Position numbers and translations under genes: made by a program. The notes under the pieces are model-generated. The model saw only the letters and a program-made list of their open reading frames with translations, searched no databases and was not told the origin of the DNA. A stretch of DNA of 59,579 bases, counting the filler. It is 5 parts of 5 records of this genome, joined end to end, with 100 filler letters (N's around TTAATTAATTAA, not from the genome) between each part and the next. Parts side by side here need not be neighbours in the genome. Positions count along the whole stretch, not along the records: positions 25,955 to 39,368 come from SRR31156797_17177; positions 39,469 to 59,579 come from SRR31156797_17179; 3 more parts are not named here. The stretch is one strand, 5' to 3'. Below, piece by piece: positions 29,846 through 40,396 of this stretch (positions are counted from its first letter, which is position 1; each line of letters starts with the position of its first letter).

Positions 29846-31471
29846 TTATTCTTCCTGATTATTGGCATTTGCTATGTTTGTTGCGTGGTCAGCAACTCTC
29901 TCTAGATTACTTAAAATATCGATAAATATAGTACCTGCTCTGGCATTACACTCCTGCTTTTTGAGCCTCTTAATGTGACGCTTACGCAGTTTCCTTTCCA
30001 TTTGATCAATCTTAGTTTCTAGTTCATCAACTTCCTCCAGAGCGATATTGTCATCATTGTCCTTAAATACAAGTATTGATTTATCAATGATTTCATATAC
30101 AAGAGCAGTAAATACATTCAGTTCTTCAATAGCTATATCTGAATAATTTGTACCCCTATCTATTCTTGATTGAGCAAACTCAGCAATATTCTCTGCATGG
30201 TCTCCGATTCTTTCAATATCGCTGACTACATGGAATAGCTTACCAATAAACTCTCTGTCGTCATTTGACAGCTCCATTTGGCTCGCTTTGACAAGATAAT
30301 CAGAAATCTCGTGATTTAAAAAGTCGATTACTTGCTCTCTATCCAACACCGTTTTTATCAATTTTTTATCTTTATTAATAAATGCCTCAATAGAATCATG
30401 TATATTCTTTCTCGCAAGTTTTGCCATTCTATCAACTTCTAATTCAATCTGCGCTGTAACAACTGCTGGTGCTGCAAACATATGATCCTCAATATACTTT
30501 AGCTTCATTGGCTCTCTTGGAGGGTCTTCACCTTTAATTATCTTCCTAGACAGATATACCATATATCCTGCAAATGGCAGCATCATAGCTGTCATAGTAA
30601 TATTAAATATTGTATGAAAGTTAGCTAACTGCTTAATTGGCTCCCCTGATATTCCTTCTATCCATGTTACAATCGGTAATAATTCAACTAATCCAACGAA
30701 TATTAGTGAACCAATAATATTAAACATTAGATGAATCATAGCGGCACGTTTTGCTGTCTTATTAGCTCCAATAACAGCTAACATAGCTGTAATGCATGTA
30801 CCAATATTAAATCCAAGTATAATGAATATTGCACCACGTAAATCTATTAATCCCTCTAATGCCATTGCTTGTAAAATACCCATACTTGCTGATGAAGACT
30901 GAATAACACCTGTAAGTACTGCGCCTGCTATAACACCTAAGAACGGATTCTTAAATTGAGAAATAATGCTTGTGAAGCCTTCCATCTCCCGTAATGGACT
31001 CATTGCTTTTGACATTGTTGCCATACCAATAAATAAAAGTCCGAATCCTATTAGGACTGAACCAATAGTTTTCGGACGGCTTTTCTGCATAAAAAAGTAT
31101 AAAACTACACCGGCAAATAAAATCAATGGAGCAATTTCATTTAGATTTATTGCAATCAACTGTGCTGTAATAGTGGTACCAATATTTGCTCCCATTATTA
31201 CACTAGCTGCCTGGAGCAAATTCATAAGTCCTGCATTTACAAATCCAACAACCATAACAGTAGTAGCTGATGAGCTTTGAATAATCATTGTAAAGACTGC
31301 ACCCACTGCCATCCCTGCAAACCTGTTCTTTGTAATCAAATCCAACATATTCCTTAGTTTGGAGCCTGCTATCTTCTCCAGATTATCACTCATTATCTTC
31401 ATTCCAAACAAGAACATGCCCAGCCCGCCTACAAATGGGGCTATAATTTGCAATATTATCTCACTCACCAT
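29846..31471 (-). CDS. Na/Pi cotransporter family protein with C-terminal PhoU domains
   Basis: Two QSSS motifs, GANIGTT, DIERIGDHAENI and NLERVADHATNI; start ATG 31471 after GAAGGTGA. Confidence 0.93.
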   Translation of the reverse strand: MVSEIILQIIAPFVGGLGMFLFGMKIMSDNLEKIAGSKLRNMLDLITKNRFAGMAVGAVFTMIIQSSSATTVMVVGFVNAGLMNLLQAASVIMGANIGTTITAQLIAINLNEIAPLILFAGVVLYFFMQKSRPKTIGSVLIGFGLLFIGMATMSKAMSPLREMEGFTSIISQFKNPFLGVIAGAVLTGVIQSSSASMGILQAMALEGLIDLRGAIFIILGFNIGTCITAMLAVIGANKTAKRAAMIHLMFNIIGSLIFVGLVELLPIVTWIEGISGEPIKQLANFHTIFNITMTAMMLPFAGYMVYLSRKIIKGEDPPREPMKLKYIEDHMFAAPAVVTAQIELEVDRMAKLARKNIHDSIEAFINKDKKLIKTVLDREQVIDFLNHEISDYLVKASQMELSNDDREFIGKLFHVVSDIERIGDHAENIAEFAQSRIDRGTNYSDIAIEELNVFTALVYEIIDKSILVFKDNDDNIALEEVDELETKIDQMERKLRKRHIKRLKKQECNARAGTIFIDILSNLERVADHATNIANANNQEE

Positions 31472-31827
31472 ACTGTTATCACCTTCATCGATTATTTTAT
31501 TCAATTTGTCGTTAATTGTCGCCTGCGACATTATATCATCAAAAAAAACATTTTTGTTGATAATTTCACATTTATTTTACATTAATTTTACTTCAATGTA
31601 AATAGCGTGTAAATTGGCGTTATTATATTGTTGATAAGTTAATATATCTTTCTTCAAAATGTTAATAAGTATACAGAAATAATTCACTATAGATTTGATC
31701 TACTACTAAAAATATTATTGCTTAAATGCTCTATTAGTGATATGCTTATCGTGTATAATTGTGTGAATTGTCAGCATATGCTGATGAAATAAATTTGCTG
31801 TCTACGGCACAAAAGGAGCTTTGATAA

Positions 31828-32919
31828 ATGAAAATCGACAGAAGAATTGCAGAAATTGTCAAAGACTCTGCTAACAATCTAAAATCAACTATATGCCTAT
31901 TGGACGAAACAGGTGAAATACTATCTTCAAATGATGAGAGTTTGATCGGCACTACTGATTCAGCTTTTGAAAACGTTGACTTTGATACATATGTTGTAAC
32001 TGATAAGGATTCAGGCAGAGTATACGCAGCCATAGACTATGACGAATACCGTCCATTGAGATTCTATATTGATGATAACGGCGTTGCCATAGAGAACTAT
32101 GCATATTTGCTGCGAAAGCTGATAATCGAACTTTTAAAGACGACTAACAAAAAAATCGGACGAGAGGAAGTCTTTCGCCGCATTATTCTGGACAAGGCTG
32201 ATCCATTAGAAATACACGAATTAATAGTGGACTTCAAAATTGACGAGCAGTGTGACAGATGTGTGCTGATTATCCAAACCATCAATGGTGAATCATCAGA
32301 TGTCTATAATACCTTGCATAAAATTTTCAGAATAAACGATGGTGATATTGTAGTATCTCTGAATAGGTATGTTGTTGCATTGGTAAAAGTTATAACAGAT
32401 GAAACAGATATGGAATCACTCCATGAATTGGTTCAGGCTCTGTACGAAACTATTCAAAATGAATTATCTGTAGATGCATATATCGGCGTCGGAGGAGTAA
32501 AAACTGGTCTGATGAATATCCGTGAATCATTTGTTGAAGCACAGGAATCCATTAACTTGGGACTTACTCAGCAAAATAACGCATCTATTTTCATGTTTCA
32601 CAAATTGCTGCTGGAAAGATTCCTTCACACTATTCCTAGGGATATCAGAAAGCAATTCTACGATTTAGCCTATACCGATGCACTGAAAAATGTATTGAAT
32701 GAAGAAATGCTGGCAACTGTTCTTACATTCTTTGAGAACAATCTGAACCTCTCAGAAGCCGCCAGAAAGCTATATATTCACAGAAATACACTGATATACA
32801 GACTTGAAAAAGTACAAAGGATAACTGGATTGGATTTGAGGAATTTCGATGATGCTGTCTTGCTAAAGACTGTAATCATGCTTGGAAAATCTTTGACATC
32901 CAGTAATAGAATGGAGTAA
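31828..32919 (+). CDS. CdaR/PucR family transcriptional regulator
   Basis: C-terminal NLNLSEAARKLYIHRNTLIYRLEK HTH. Confidence 0.9.
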   Translation: MKIDRRIAEIVKDSANNLKSTICLLDETGEILSSNDESLIGTTDSAFENVDFDTYVVTDKDSGRVYAAIDYDEYRPLRFYIDDNGVAIENYAYLLRKLIIELLKTTNKKIGREEVFRRIILDKADPLEIHELIVDFKIDEQCDRCVLIIQTINGESSDVYNTLHKIFRINDGDIVVSLNRYVVALVKVITDETDMESLHELVQALYETIQNELSVDAYIGVGGVKTGLMNIRESFVEAQESINLGLTQQNNASIFMFHKLLLERFLHTIPRDIRKQFYDLAYTDALKNVLNEEMLATVLTFFENNLNLSEAARKLYIHRNTLIYRLEKVQRITGLDLRNFDDAVLLKTVIMLGKSLTSSNRME

Positions 32920-32928
32920 AAACTAACA

Positions 32929-34095
32929 ATGCTGTTACTTAAAAACGGAAAAATCCTGTCCATGGCAGATAATGACATGGAAAAGGGTGACCTGCTGATA
33001 GATGATGGAAAAATCAAACAAATTACGGAAAAGATAGAAGCTGACTGTGAGACAATCGACTGCAAAGGGAAATGGATAATTCCAGGCTTCGTAGAAGCTC
33101 ACTGCCACGTCGGCATGTGGGAGGACAAAATCGGTGAAGAGGGTGCAGACGGTAATGAAGCAACTGGACCTGTAACCCCTGAACTACGTGCAATAGATGC
33201 TATAAATCCTGAAGACCCTTCGTTCAATGAAGCTCTTATTAATGGTGTAACAACCGCCTGTACAGGTCCTGGATCTGCCAATGTTATCGGCGGTCAATTC
33301 GTCGCAATGAAAACATATGGGCGCCGAGTGGATGATATGATTATAAAGGAACCTTTGGCTGTAAAGGCAGCTTTTGGTGAAAATCCAAAACGTGTGTATA
33401 GCCAGCAGGACTCAAGTCCATCCACCAGAATGGCAATTGCCTCTGAATTCCGAAAGGCAATGGTAGAAGCCCAAGAGTACAAATCAAAAATCGACTCTGC
33501 TAATGTAGATGAGGATGCAAAAGACCCAGAAAGAGATTTATCTAAGGAAATCTTAGTAAGTCTTTTGGAGCATAAGCTGCATTTGAAAGTTCATTGCCAT
33601 AGAGCTGATGATATAATGACTGCTATTAGATTGTGCAAAGAGTTTAACATTCAGTATACCTTGGAACACTGCACAGACGGCTACAGATATATTGATATTC
33701 TAAAAGAAGAGAATGTTAAGGCTATCTTAGGTCCTCTGCCATTAACCAGATCAAAAATCGAACTGAAAGATATGTCCTACAAAGCACCAAAAGTGTTCAG
33801 TGACAATGGAGTTAAGTTCGCTATGATGACTGACCATCCATGCGTACCACTATATCTGCTTCCTATGTGCGCTTCTCTGTGTGTTCGTGAGGGATTAAGT
33901 GAAATGGAAGCCCTTAAATCAATAACTATCTATCCAGCAGAAATTGTTGGAATTGATGACAGAGTAGGTTCGCTTGAAGTAGGCAAAGATGCAGACATTG
34001 CAGTCTTTAAAGGCAATCCATTGGATTTACGTAAACGTGCAGAGATGGTATTAGTTGACGGTAAAGTTGTATATGACTCTAGCAGCCAGGAATAA
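32929..34095 (+). CDS. Metal-dependent amidohydrolase
   Basis: PGFVEAHCH, PGSANVIGG, GENPK, TDHP, GSLEVGKDADI. Confidence 0.9.
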   Translation: MLLLKNGKILSMADNDMEKGDLLIDDGKIKQITEKIEADCETIDCKGKWIIPGFVEAHCHVGMWEDKIGEEGADGNEATGPVTPELRAIDAINPEDPSFNEALINGVTTACTGPGSANVIGGQFVAMKTYGRRVDDMIIKEPLAVKAAFGENPKRVYSQQDSSPSTRMAIASEFRKAMVEAQEYKSKIDSANVDEDAKDPERDLSKEILVSLLEHKLHLKVHCHRADDIMTAIRLCKEFNIQYTLEHCTDGYRYIDILKEENVKAILGPLPLTRSKIELKDMSYKAPKVFSDNGVKFAMMTDHPCVPLYLLPMCASLCVREGLSEMEALKSITIYPAEIVGIDDRVGSLEVGKDADIAVFKGNPLDLRKRAEMVLVDGKVVYDSSSQE

Positions 34096-34115
34096 TATTA
34101 TATACAGCCAAGATG

Positions 34116-34143
34116 TTGACATATAATTATTTAATGCTATAAT
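34116..34143 (+). promoter_or_regulatory. sigma70/sigmaA promoter of riboswitch-ribU operon
   Basis: TTGACA-16nt-TATAAT with extended -10 TG. Confidence 0.8.
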
Positions 34144-34165
34144 GCATATTAACAAGTAAATAGAT

Positions 34166-34275
34166 GTCTTTGGGGAGAGGTGAAATTCCTTACCGGCGGT
34201 TATAGTCCGCGAGCGCAATATGTGCTGAATTGGTGTAATTCCAATACCGACAGTATAGTCTGGATGAGAAAAGAC
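34166..34275 (+). ncRNA. FMN riboswitch (RFN element)
   Basis: GGTGAAATTCC..ACCGGCGGT, AGTCCGCGAGC, TGGTGTAATTCCA.TACCGACAGT.AGTCTGGATG, P1 GTCTTT/AAAGAC; upstream of an ECF S component. Confidence 0.96.
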
Positions 34276-34331
34276 CATATTAAATGCATTTAGCATTTTA
34301 CTGTCCCCTTTGGCAATCAAAGGAGGATAAC

Positions 34332-34874
34332 ATGAATATAAGCAAGCGAACAAAGTATATAAGCAGGATTGGTGTAATGACAGCTATAGCCGTCTTACTA
34401 ATGTTTTGGGAAATCCCAATACTACCGTCTTTCCCATATTTGAAGCTAGATTTTTCCGATGTTCCAGCATTGATAGGCGGTCTTACTATGGGACCTGTTG
34501 CAGCAATTATCATCCAACTGCTCAAAAACGTTATTCATTTTATTATAAAAAATGACGGCACTGGTGGTATAGGCAATCTTGCTAATTTTATAGTAGGCAT
34601 TGGTTTGTGTCTGCCTGCAGCTTGGTATTATGCAAAGCATAAGAGCACAAAAGGCTTGGTTATAGGATTAACCATTGGTATAGTCTGCATGATAATTACA
34701 GGAGTAATATTCAATTATTTTGTATTGCTTCCTCTATACGGCATGACTGAACACGATATAAAAATGCCTATTATATATGGAGGCATTATACCAATAAATG
34801 CAATAAAGAGTGTATGTGCATGTATTTTGACGGGCATTCTGTACAAACCACTATCAGCAATATTACATCAATAA
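34332..34874 (+). CDS. ribU: ECF transporter S component, riboflavin transporter RibU
   Basis: PYLKLDFSDVPALIG motif; FMN riboswitch upstream; SD AAAGGAGG. Confidence 0.92.
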   Translation: MNISKRTKYISRIGVMTAIAVLLMFWEIPILPSFPYLKLDFSDVPALIGGLTMGPVAAIIIQLLKNVIHFIIKNDGTGGIGNLANFIVGIGLCLPAAWYYAKHKSTKGLVIGLTIGIVCMIITGVIFNYFVLLPLYGMTEHDIKMPIIYGGIIPINAIKSVCACILTGILYKPLSAILHQ

Positions 34875-34881
34875 GGACGTT

Positions 34882-35382
34882 ATGACTTTCAATACAGTAT
34901 CAAAATCACCTGAAATAACTATTGGAATAGGTAAATCTATAGGCGAATCTGCAAATGGCGGAACAATAATACTGCTAAAAGGTGACTTAGGCAGTGGCAA
35001 GACATTGCTTACAAAAGGCATTGCAAAGGGGCTTAGGATAGATGAAATGGTCAAAAGCCCTACCTATACTATTGTACAGACTTATGAGGGACGATTAACT
35101 CTCAATCACTTTGACTTGTACAGAATATTAAACGAAGATGATTTTTATAATATCGGTGGATATGAGTACTTTACAGATAATTCTGTCTGTGTATTTGAAT
35201 GGCCTGATGTTGTAGACTGGAATGATTACAATAGAATTGAAATAGTCATAGAATACCTTGATAAAAACAGCAGGAAAATTAATTTCACAGCTTTTGGTCA
35301 AGATAATGAAAGATTGCTAGAGAAGCTTCAGAAAGATATAAGCAATATTAAATCAAATGGAACAAGAAACTACAATGAATAA
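34882..35382 (+). CDS. tsaE: tRNA t6A biosynthesis ATPase TsaE
   Basis: GDLGSGKT, SPTYTIV, HFDLYRI, EW. Confidence 0.95.
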   Translation: MTFNTVSKSPEITIGIGKSIGESANGGTIILLKGDLGSGKTLLTKGIAKGLRIDEMVKSPTYTIVQTYEGRLTLNHFDLYRILNEDDFYNIGGYEYFTDNSVCVFEWPDVVDWNDYNRIEIVIEYLDKNSRKINFTAFGQDNERLLEKLQKDISNIKSNGTRNYNE

Positions 35383-36088
35383 AACTAATAATAAAATAAT
35401 ACTTGCACTAGATACGTCCACCCCTGTGGCTTCAGTAGCATTAGCAGAATTTGATGAAGATTATAGAAAACTTCTATTTTCCTCAATGCTAAACGTTGGT
35501 CTAACTCATTCTCAGACTGCAGCAAAATTATTAAAAACTACACTTGACTATACAAATATCAAACCTAGTGATATTGATTTGTATGCTGTAGTCAATGGAC
35601 CAGGTTCATTTACAGGTCTTAGAATCGGTATAGCAACAATTAAGGCAATGGCTGACTCCCAGAGTAAACCAATGATATCAGTTAGCTCATTGGAAACCCT
35701 CGCAGGAAATATTAAACATACTAATGGTTTAATTGTCCCTATTATTGATGCAAGGAGAACCAATGTATATGGCGCAGTTTATAATAGTGATTATAAGCAA
35801 ATTATAAGTCAGGGAATATTTGATATTACTGAACTTACTAAAAAAGTTGCCGATATTTCTGCAGATGCAATCTTCCTAGGCGATGGTACCGCAAGGCATG
35901 CAGATACAATAAAAGGTATTATGTCAAATGCACAGATAGCTGACTATGTAGAGAATATGATTAGTGCTGCAACTGCTTTGGATATTGCAATCGACAAGTA
36001 TCAAAAAGGTGAAGATGAAAGCAATCTGGTAAACTACGTAAAGTCAACATCAGCTATACCCCATTCTCAGCAAAAGAAGAAATGGTAA
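35375..36088 (+). CDS. tsaB: tRNA t6A biosynthesis protein TsaB
   Basis: ILALDTS, GPGSFTGLRIG, IDARR; probable start ATG 35375. Confidence 0.95.
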   Translation: MNKTNNKIILALDTSTPVASVALAEFDEDYRKLLFSSMLNVGLTHSQTAAKLLKTTLDYTNIKPSDIDLYAVVNGPGSFTGLRIGIATIKAMADSQSKPMISVSSLETLAGNIKHTNGLIVPIIDARRTNVYGAVYNSDYKQIISQGIFDITELTKKVADISADAIFLGDGTARHADTIKGIMSNAQIADYVENMISAATALDIAIDKYQKGEDESNLVNYVKSTSAIPHSQQKKKW

Positions 36089-36537
36089 CTATGAATAGTA
36101 TTACATTTCGCCCAATGAAAGAATCAGATATAAATAGAATCGTTGAAATAGAAAAGGAAGTATTTACCAGCCCTTGGTCATACAGAATGTTTGAATCCGA
36201 ATTAAACAGACCAGACATAGCAAAGTACATTGTAGCTGAAATGAACGGGATAATCATTGGCTACGGCGGGATGTGGCTGGTAATAAATGAATCACATATC
36301 ACAAATATTGCTGTTGTCCCATCTATGCGAAGACGAGGCATTGGCAAAGATATTCTCCACCAGTTAATAAAAATAGCACATAACGAAGAATGCGGAAGGT
36401 TGATTGATTTGGAAGTCCGACGCAGTAATTACCCTGCACAGCTTCTATACCGCAGTATGGGTTTTCGTGTGATATATGTCAGAGGGCGGTATTATCAAGA
36501 TAATGGCGAAGATGCATTTATTATGGCAAAGTTTTAA
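36082..36537 (+). CDS. rimI: Ribosomal-protein alanine N-acetyltransferase RimI
   Basis: HITNIAV...RRRGIG, LEVRRSN, LYRSMGF, YYQDNGEDA. Confidence 0.93.
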   Translation: MVTMNSITFRPMKESDINRIVEIEKEVFTSPWSYRMFESELNRPDIAKYIVAEMNGIIIGYGGMWLVINESHITNIAVVPSMRRRGIGKDILHQLIKIAHNEECGRLIDLEVRRSNYPAQLLYRSMGFRVIYVRGRYYQDNGEDAFIMAKF

Positions 36538-36557
36538 TTGTCATTGTGCATTTTTTC

Positions 36558-36586
36558 TTGTTAAACTTAGGAAAATCGGTTATACT
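36558..36586 (+). promoter_or_regulatory. Probable argS promoter
   Basis: TTGTTA-17nt-TATACT; no room for a T-box leader. Confidence 0.5.
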
Positions 36587-36620
36587 ATTTGCTAATTAAA
36601 AGATATATTAAGGTGAAATA

Positions 36621-38318
36621 ATGGATTATAAATTAAATATTGCAGAAAAATTATCTGGCATTACTGAATTACCCAAAGATGAGCTAAAGGATATGCTGGA
36701 AGTGCCTTCAAATCCTGAAATGGGAGACTTTGCACTGCCATGCTTTAAACTTTCAAAAACCCTGCGCAAATCTCCAATTATGATAGCGGATGATTTGCAG
36801 AATAAATACACAATGGATGAAACCATTCAAAAAGTCGAAAGCGTAAAAGGTTATCTGAATTTCTTCCTCAACAGACAAAATGACAGCAAAATGGTATTAG
36901 ACAGCATTATGTCAGCAGGTGATAACTACGGTTCATCCGATATCGGTAACGGCAAAACAGTTTGCCTTGACTATTCATCAATAAATATTGCCAAACCTAT
37001 GCATATTGGTCACCTTTCCACCACTGCAATAGGAAATGCACTATGTAAAACATATAAGTTCCTAGGATACAATACCGTAAGTATCAACCATCTGGGAGAC
37101 TGGGGCACTCAGTTTGGCAAACAGATAGTTGCATATAAATTATGGTCATCTCCAGAAAAGGTAGAACAAGGCGGCATTGCAGAACTAGTCAGAATCTATG
37201 TAAAATATCATCAGGAATCCAAAAACAACCCTTCAATGGATGACGAAGCTAGAGCATGGTTTAAAAAAATAGAAGATGGCGACAAAGAAGCTCTCTCCTA
37301 TTATGAATTGTTTAAGAAAATCACACTAGAAGAAGTAGATAAAGTATACCAGATGTTAGGTATCTCATTTGACAGCTATAACGGTGAAGCATTCTATCAA
37401 GACAAAATGGATCCTATTATAGGTGAATTAAAAGAAAAAAATCTATTAGTAGAAGACCAAGGTGCACAGGTAGTTCATCTGGACGAATACAATATGCCTC
37501 CATGCCTTATCTTAAAAAGCGATGGTGCAACACTATATGCAACACGTGACATCGCTGCTGCCCAATATAGATACGACACATATGACTTTGACAAGTGCCT
37601 GTATGTAACAGCATATCAACAGGATTTGCACTTCAAACAATATTTTAAGGTAATAGAGATGATGGGCAAAGAATATGCCGATAAATTGATTCACGTTAAC
37701 TACGGCTGGGTATCAATGGCTGAAGGTGCTATGAGTACACGTAAAGGTAATGTAGTTGAACTGAAAGAGTTGCTGGATCGTGCTGTTGACAAATCTCTGG
37801 ATATTATCAATACAAAAAATCCTGACTTAGAAGACAAAGACGAAGTAGCAAAAATCGTTGGTATTGGCTCGGTAATATTTGCAGCTCTAAAAAACAACAG
37901 AATAAAGGATATTGTTTTCTCATGGGATAGTGCACTTAGCTTCGAGGGAGAGACTGCTCCATACGTTCAGTATACTCACGCAAGGTGCTCATCTGTTCTG
38001 GATAAGAACGATATAGGTCTTGATGGAGATATTGACATTGCTGCACTGGATAATAAGGAAGCGGGAAAGGTTATTACATTACTTCGTGAATTCCCTGACG
38101 TAATAAAATCTGCTGCTGAAAAATATGAACCGTCTTTGATTACAAGGTTTACCATTGAGCTTGCAAAAGCCTTTAATAAATATTATTTTGAACACAGAAT
38201 TATTTCCGATGACAGTATTGAAGCTAACAGAACACGACTATTACTAAGTCATTGTACAAGAACTGTAATACGCAATGGTCTGTCCCTAATAGGCGTAAGT
38301 GCTCCAAATAAAATGTAG
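36621..38318 (+). CDS. argS: Arginine--tRNA ligase
   Basis: HIGH motif, HLGDWGTQFG, KSDGATLYATRD, MSTRKG, PYVQYTHAR. Confidence 0.97.
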   Translation: MDYKLNIAEKLSGITELPKDELKDMLEVPSNPEMGDFALPCFKLSKTLRKSPIMIADDLQNKYTMDETIQKVESVKGYLNFFLNRQNDSKMVLDSIMSAGDNYGSSDIGNGKTVCLDYSSINIAKPMHIGHLSTTAIGNALCKTYKFLGYNTVSINHLGDWGTQFGKQIVAYKLWSSPEKVEQGGIAELVRIYVKYHQESKNNPSMDDEARAWFKKIEDGDKEALSYYELFKKITLEEVDKVYQMLGISFDSYNGEAFYQDKMDPIIGELKEKNLLVEDQGAQVVHLDEYNMPPCLILKSDGATLYATRDIAAAQYRYDTYDFDKCLYVTAYQQDLHFKQYFKVIEMMGKEYADKLIHVNYGWVSMAEGAMSTRKGNVVELKELLDRAVDKSLDIINTKNPDLEDKDEVAKIVGIGSVIFAALKNNRIKDIVFSWDSALSFEGETAPYVQYTHARCSSVLDKNDIGLDGDIDIAALDNKEAGKVITLLREFPDVIKSAAEKYEPSLITRFTIELAKAFNKYYFEHRIISDDSIEANRTRLLLSHCTRTVIRNGLSLIGVSAPNKM

Positions 38319-38435
38319 TATGCTGATTTATTTTGTAGATTGTACAGCACTTTAACCAAGGTGCTGTATAATTATATTCGGGTAATAAAGATTATAAATC
38401 ACTTAACGAATAATAACCTTTGAGTTGGAGAAAAT

Positions 38436-39140
38436 ATGATATATGTAATCAGCGATATTCATGGATGCTATGACAAATATATTAAGATGCTAGAGAAAAT
38501 CAATTTCAACAGCGACGATACTCTCTATATATTAGGTGATGTTGTTGACAGAGGAGAGAATTCAATAAGAATACTATTTGATATGGTAGATAGGGAAAAT
38601 GTAATCCCTTTACTTGGAAATCACGAACATTCCTTTATTAGAGTGATTGAAGGTATAGCATATAACAGAGATATTGATAATTTTATGCTGGATTTAGATG
38701 AAGATGAACTATCCTATCTTAGTTTATGGATGCTAAACGGCGGACGTATAACATTGGAGAAATATATGGAGCTTAATCCCCATGAAAAACGAAAAATATT
38801 CCAATATATCAATTCATTTGCTAAGTATAAAGATATTGAAGTGCATAATAGAAAGTATCTTTTGACTCATTCAGGGCTGGATAATTTTGAAGAGGATAAA
38901 AGCCTTGATGATTATAAGATATATGATTTCATAGAGCATCGTCCTGATCCTGATACTTCATTTTTTAGAAATAAGACCGTTATATTTGGACACACTCCAA
39001 CTGTATTATGGAATAAATCTAGTAAAAAGAATCCACGGATATTCAAAGCTCCTACATTCTACAATATTGACTGCGGATGTGTTTTTACTGGTGTACTTGG
39101 ATGTTTGTGTCTGGATAATTTAAGTGAATACTATGTGTAA
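38436..39140 (+). CDS. Metallophosphoesterase (PPP/PrpA-like Ser/Thr phosphatase family)
   Basis: SDIHG, GDVVDRG, GNHE, FGHTP, IDCGC. Confidence 0.9.
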   Translation: MIYVISDIHGCYDKYIKMLEKINFNSDDTLYILGDVVDRGENSIRILFDMVDRENVIPLLGNHEHSFIRVIEGIAYNRDIDNFMLDLDEDELSYLSLWMLNGGRITLEKYMELNPHEKRKIFQYINSFAKYKDIEVHNRKYLLTHSGLDNFEEDKSLDDYKIYDFIEHRPDPDTSFFRNKTVIFGHTPTVLWNKSSKKNPRIFKAPTFYNIDCGCVFTGVLGCLCLDNLSEYYV

Positions 39141-39368
39141 AGCACAATGCAAAAAATCCTCCTAATCGGAGATTTGCACACTGTAGATAAAGTAAAATAC
39201 GCTTGAAAATATGAATAATAAATCATTTCCTCTTGCAATTAACAAACCTAATTTATCACTAACTTGATTGGACTTTTACTAGCAGTAGGTTGGTCATATC
39301 ACTATGTGATATTGCTTCCCCATGCAACCCGATAAAAGGGTATTATTTCTCCTATTGCGAAGCATATA

Positions 39369-39468
39369 NNNNNNNNNNNNNNNNNNNNNNNNNNNNNNNN
39401 NNNNNNNNNNNNTTAATTAATTAANNNNNNNNNNNNNNNNNNNNNNNNNNNNNNNNNNNNNNNNNNNN
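39369..39468. other. Artificial contig spacer
   Basis: 44 N + TTAATTAATTAA + 44 N. Confidence 0.98.
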
Positions 39469-40062
39469 AATTTTAACCACTTTGAATTCCATTGTTTTTC
39501 CAACAAATATATCGTAGTCACGGATAGGTTTCACATCAATTTGTGATCCTGGTAAGAATGCTTCGATTCCGAATACATCTACGATCATACCACCTTTTGT
39601 TCGGCATTTGATGTAACCTTTAATAATTTCGTCATTTTCAAGTGACTGATTAACGCGATCCCATGAGCGAAGGGCTCTCGCTTTTTTGTGAGAAAGTTTT
39701 AACTGGCCGTCTCTGTCTTCTTGAGTTTCTACATAAACCTCTACAGTGTCGCCATTTTTCAATTCAGGGTTGTAACGGAATTCGTTCGCGTTTACAATAC
39801 CTTCTGATTTGTACCCAATGTTGATAATAACTTCACGTTTTGTGATAGCTACAACTGTACCGTCAATTACTTCGTTTTCACCGATTGTTGACATTGTATC
39901 GTCATAAAGCTTTTCAAGCTCTTGACGTTCTTCTGAAGAGTATCCATCAACTTCTTTTTCAAAGTTATCCCAATCAAACTCTTCTTTTCTAGGTGCTGGA
40001 GCAGCAACAGGCTTTTCCTGTTTTACTTCTTCATTCTGCACGTTTTGTTCTTCTTGATTCAT
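39469..40062 (-). CDS. rpsA: 30S ribosomal protein S1, Bacteroidota type (3' truncated)
   Basis: FDWD, IGYKSEG, LSHKKAR, RTKGGMIVDVFGIEAFLPGSQIDVKPIRDYD. Confidence 0.96.
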
Positions 40063-40396
40063 TAAATTAATTGTTTAAAAATTAATAAGTTAGACATTAT
40101 TTATAGAAAAAATCTATGAGCCGACAAAATAAATCTTTTTTTTTCAGATTATCAAGTAGTTGTAAGACTTTTTTACAACATATTTAAGATTTATTTATCA
40201 AATGCAAAAACATTGCCGTAATTTATACAATTCATTAAAAACAAACCGTTTATAATTTTTATATATTCAAATAAATTTCTAAATGCTTTAAACCATGAGA
40301 TTTGTTGTTTTTTTACATAAAATATCTAGTTATCTTAGCGCAATTATTTTAAAATGAAACTTCGGAAATATCCGTATTGAATAAAATTTATAAACC

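Noticed and set aside
36538-36620. T-box leader for argS
   Set aside because: Intergenic region is only ~80 nt with no T-box consensus or terminator
39146-39368. Possible IS end (minus strand ACTTTATCTACAGTGTG) and palindrome ATATCAC-TAT-GTGATAT at contig end
   Set aside because: No recognisable transposase frame or partner repeat in the available sequence
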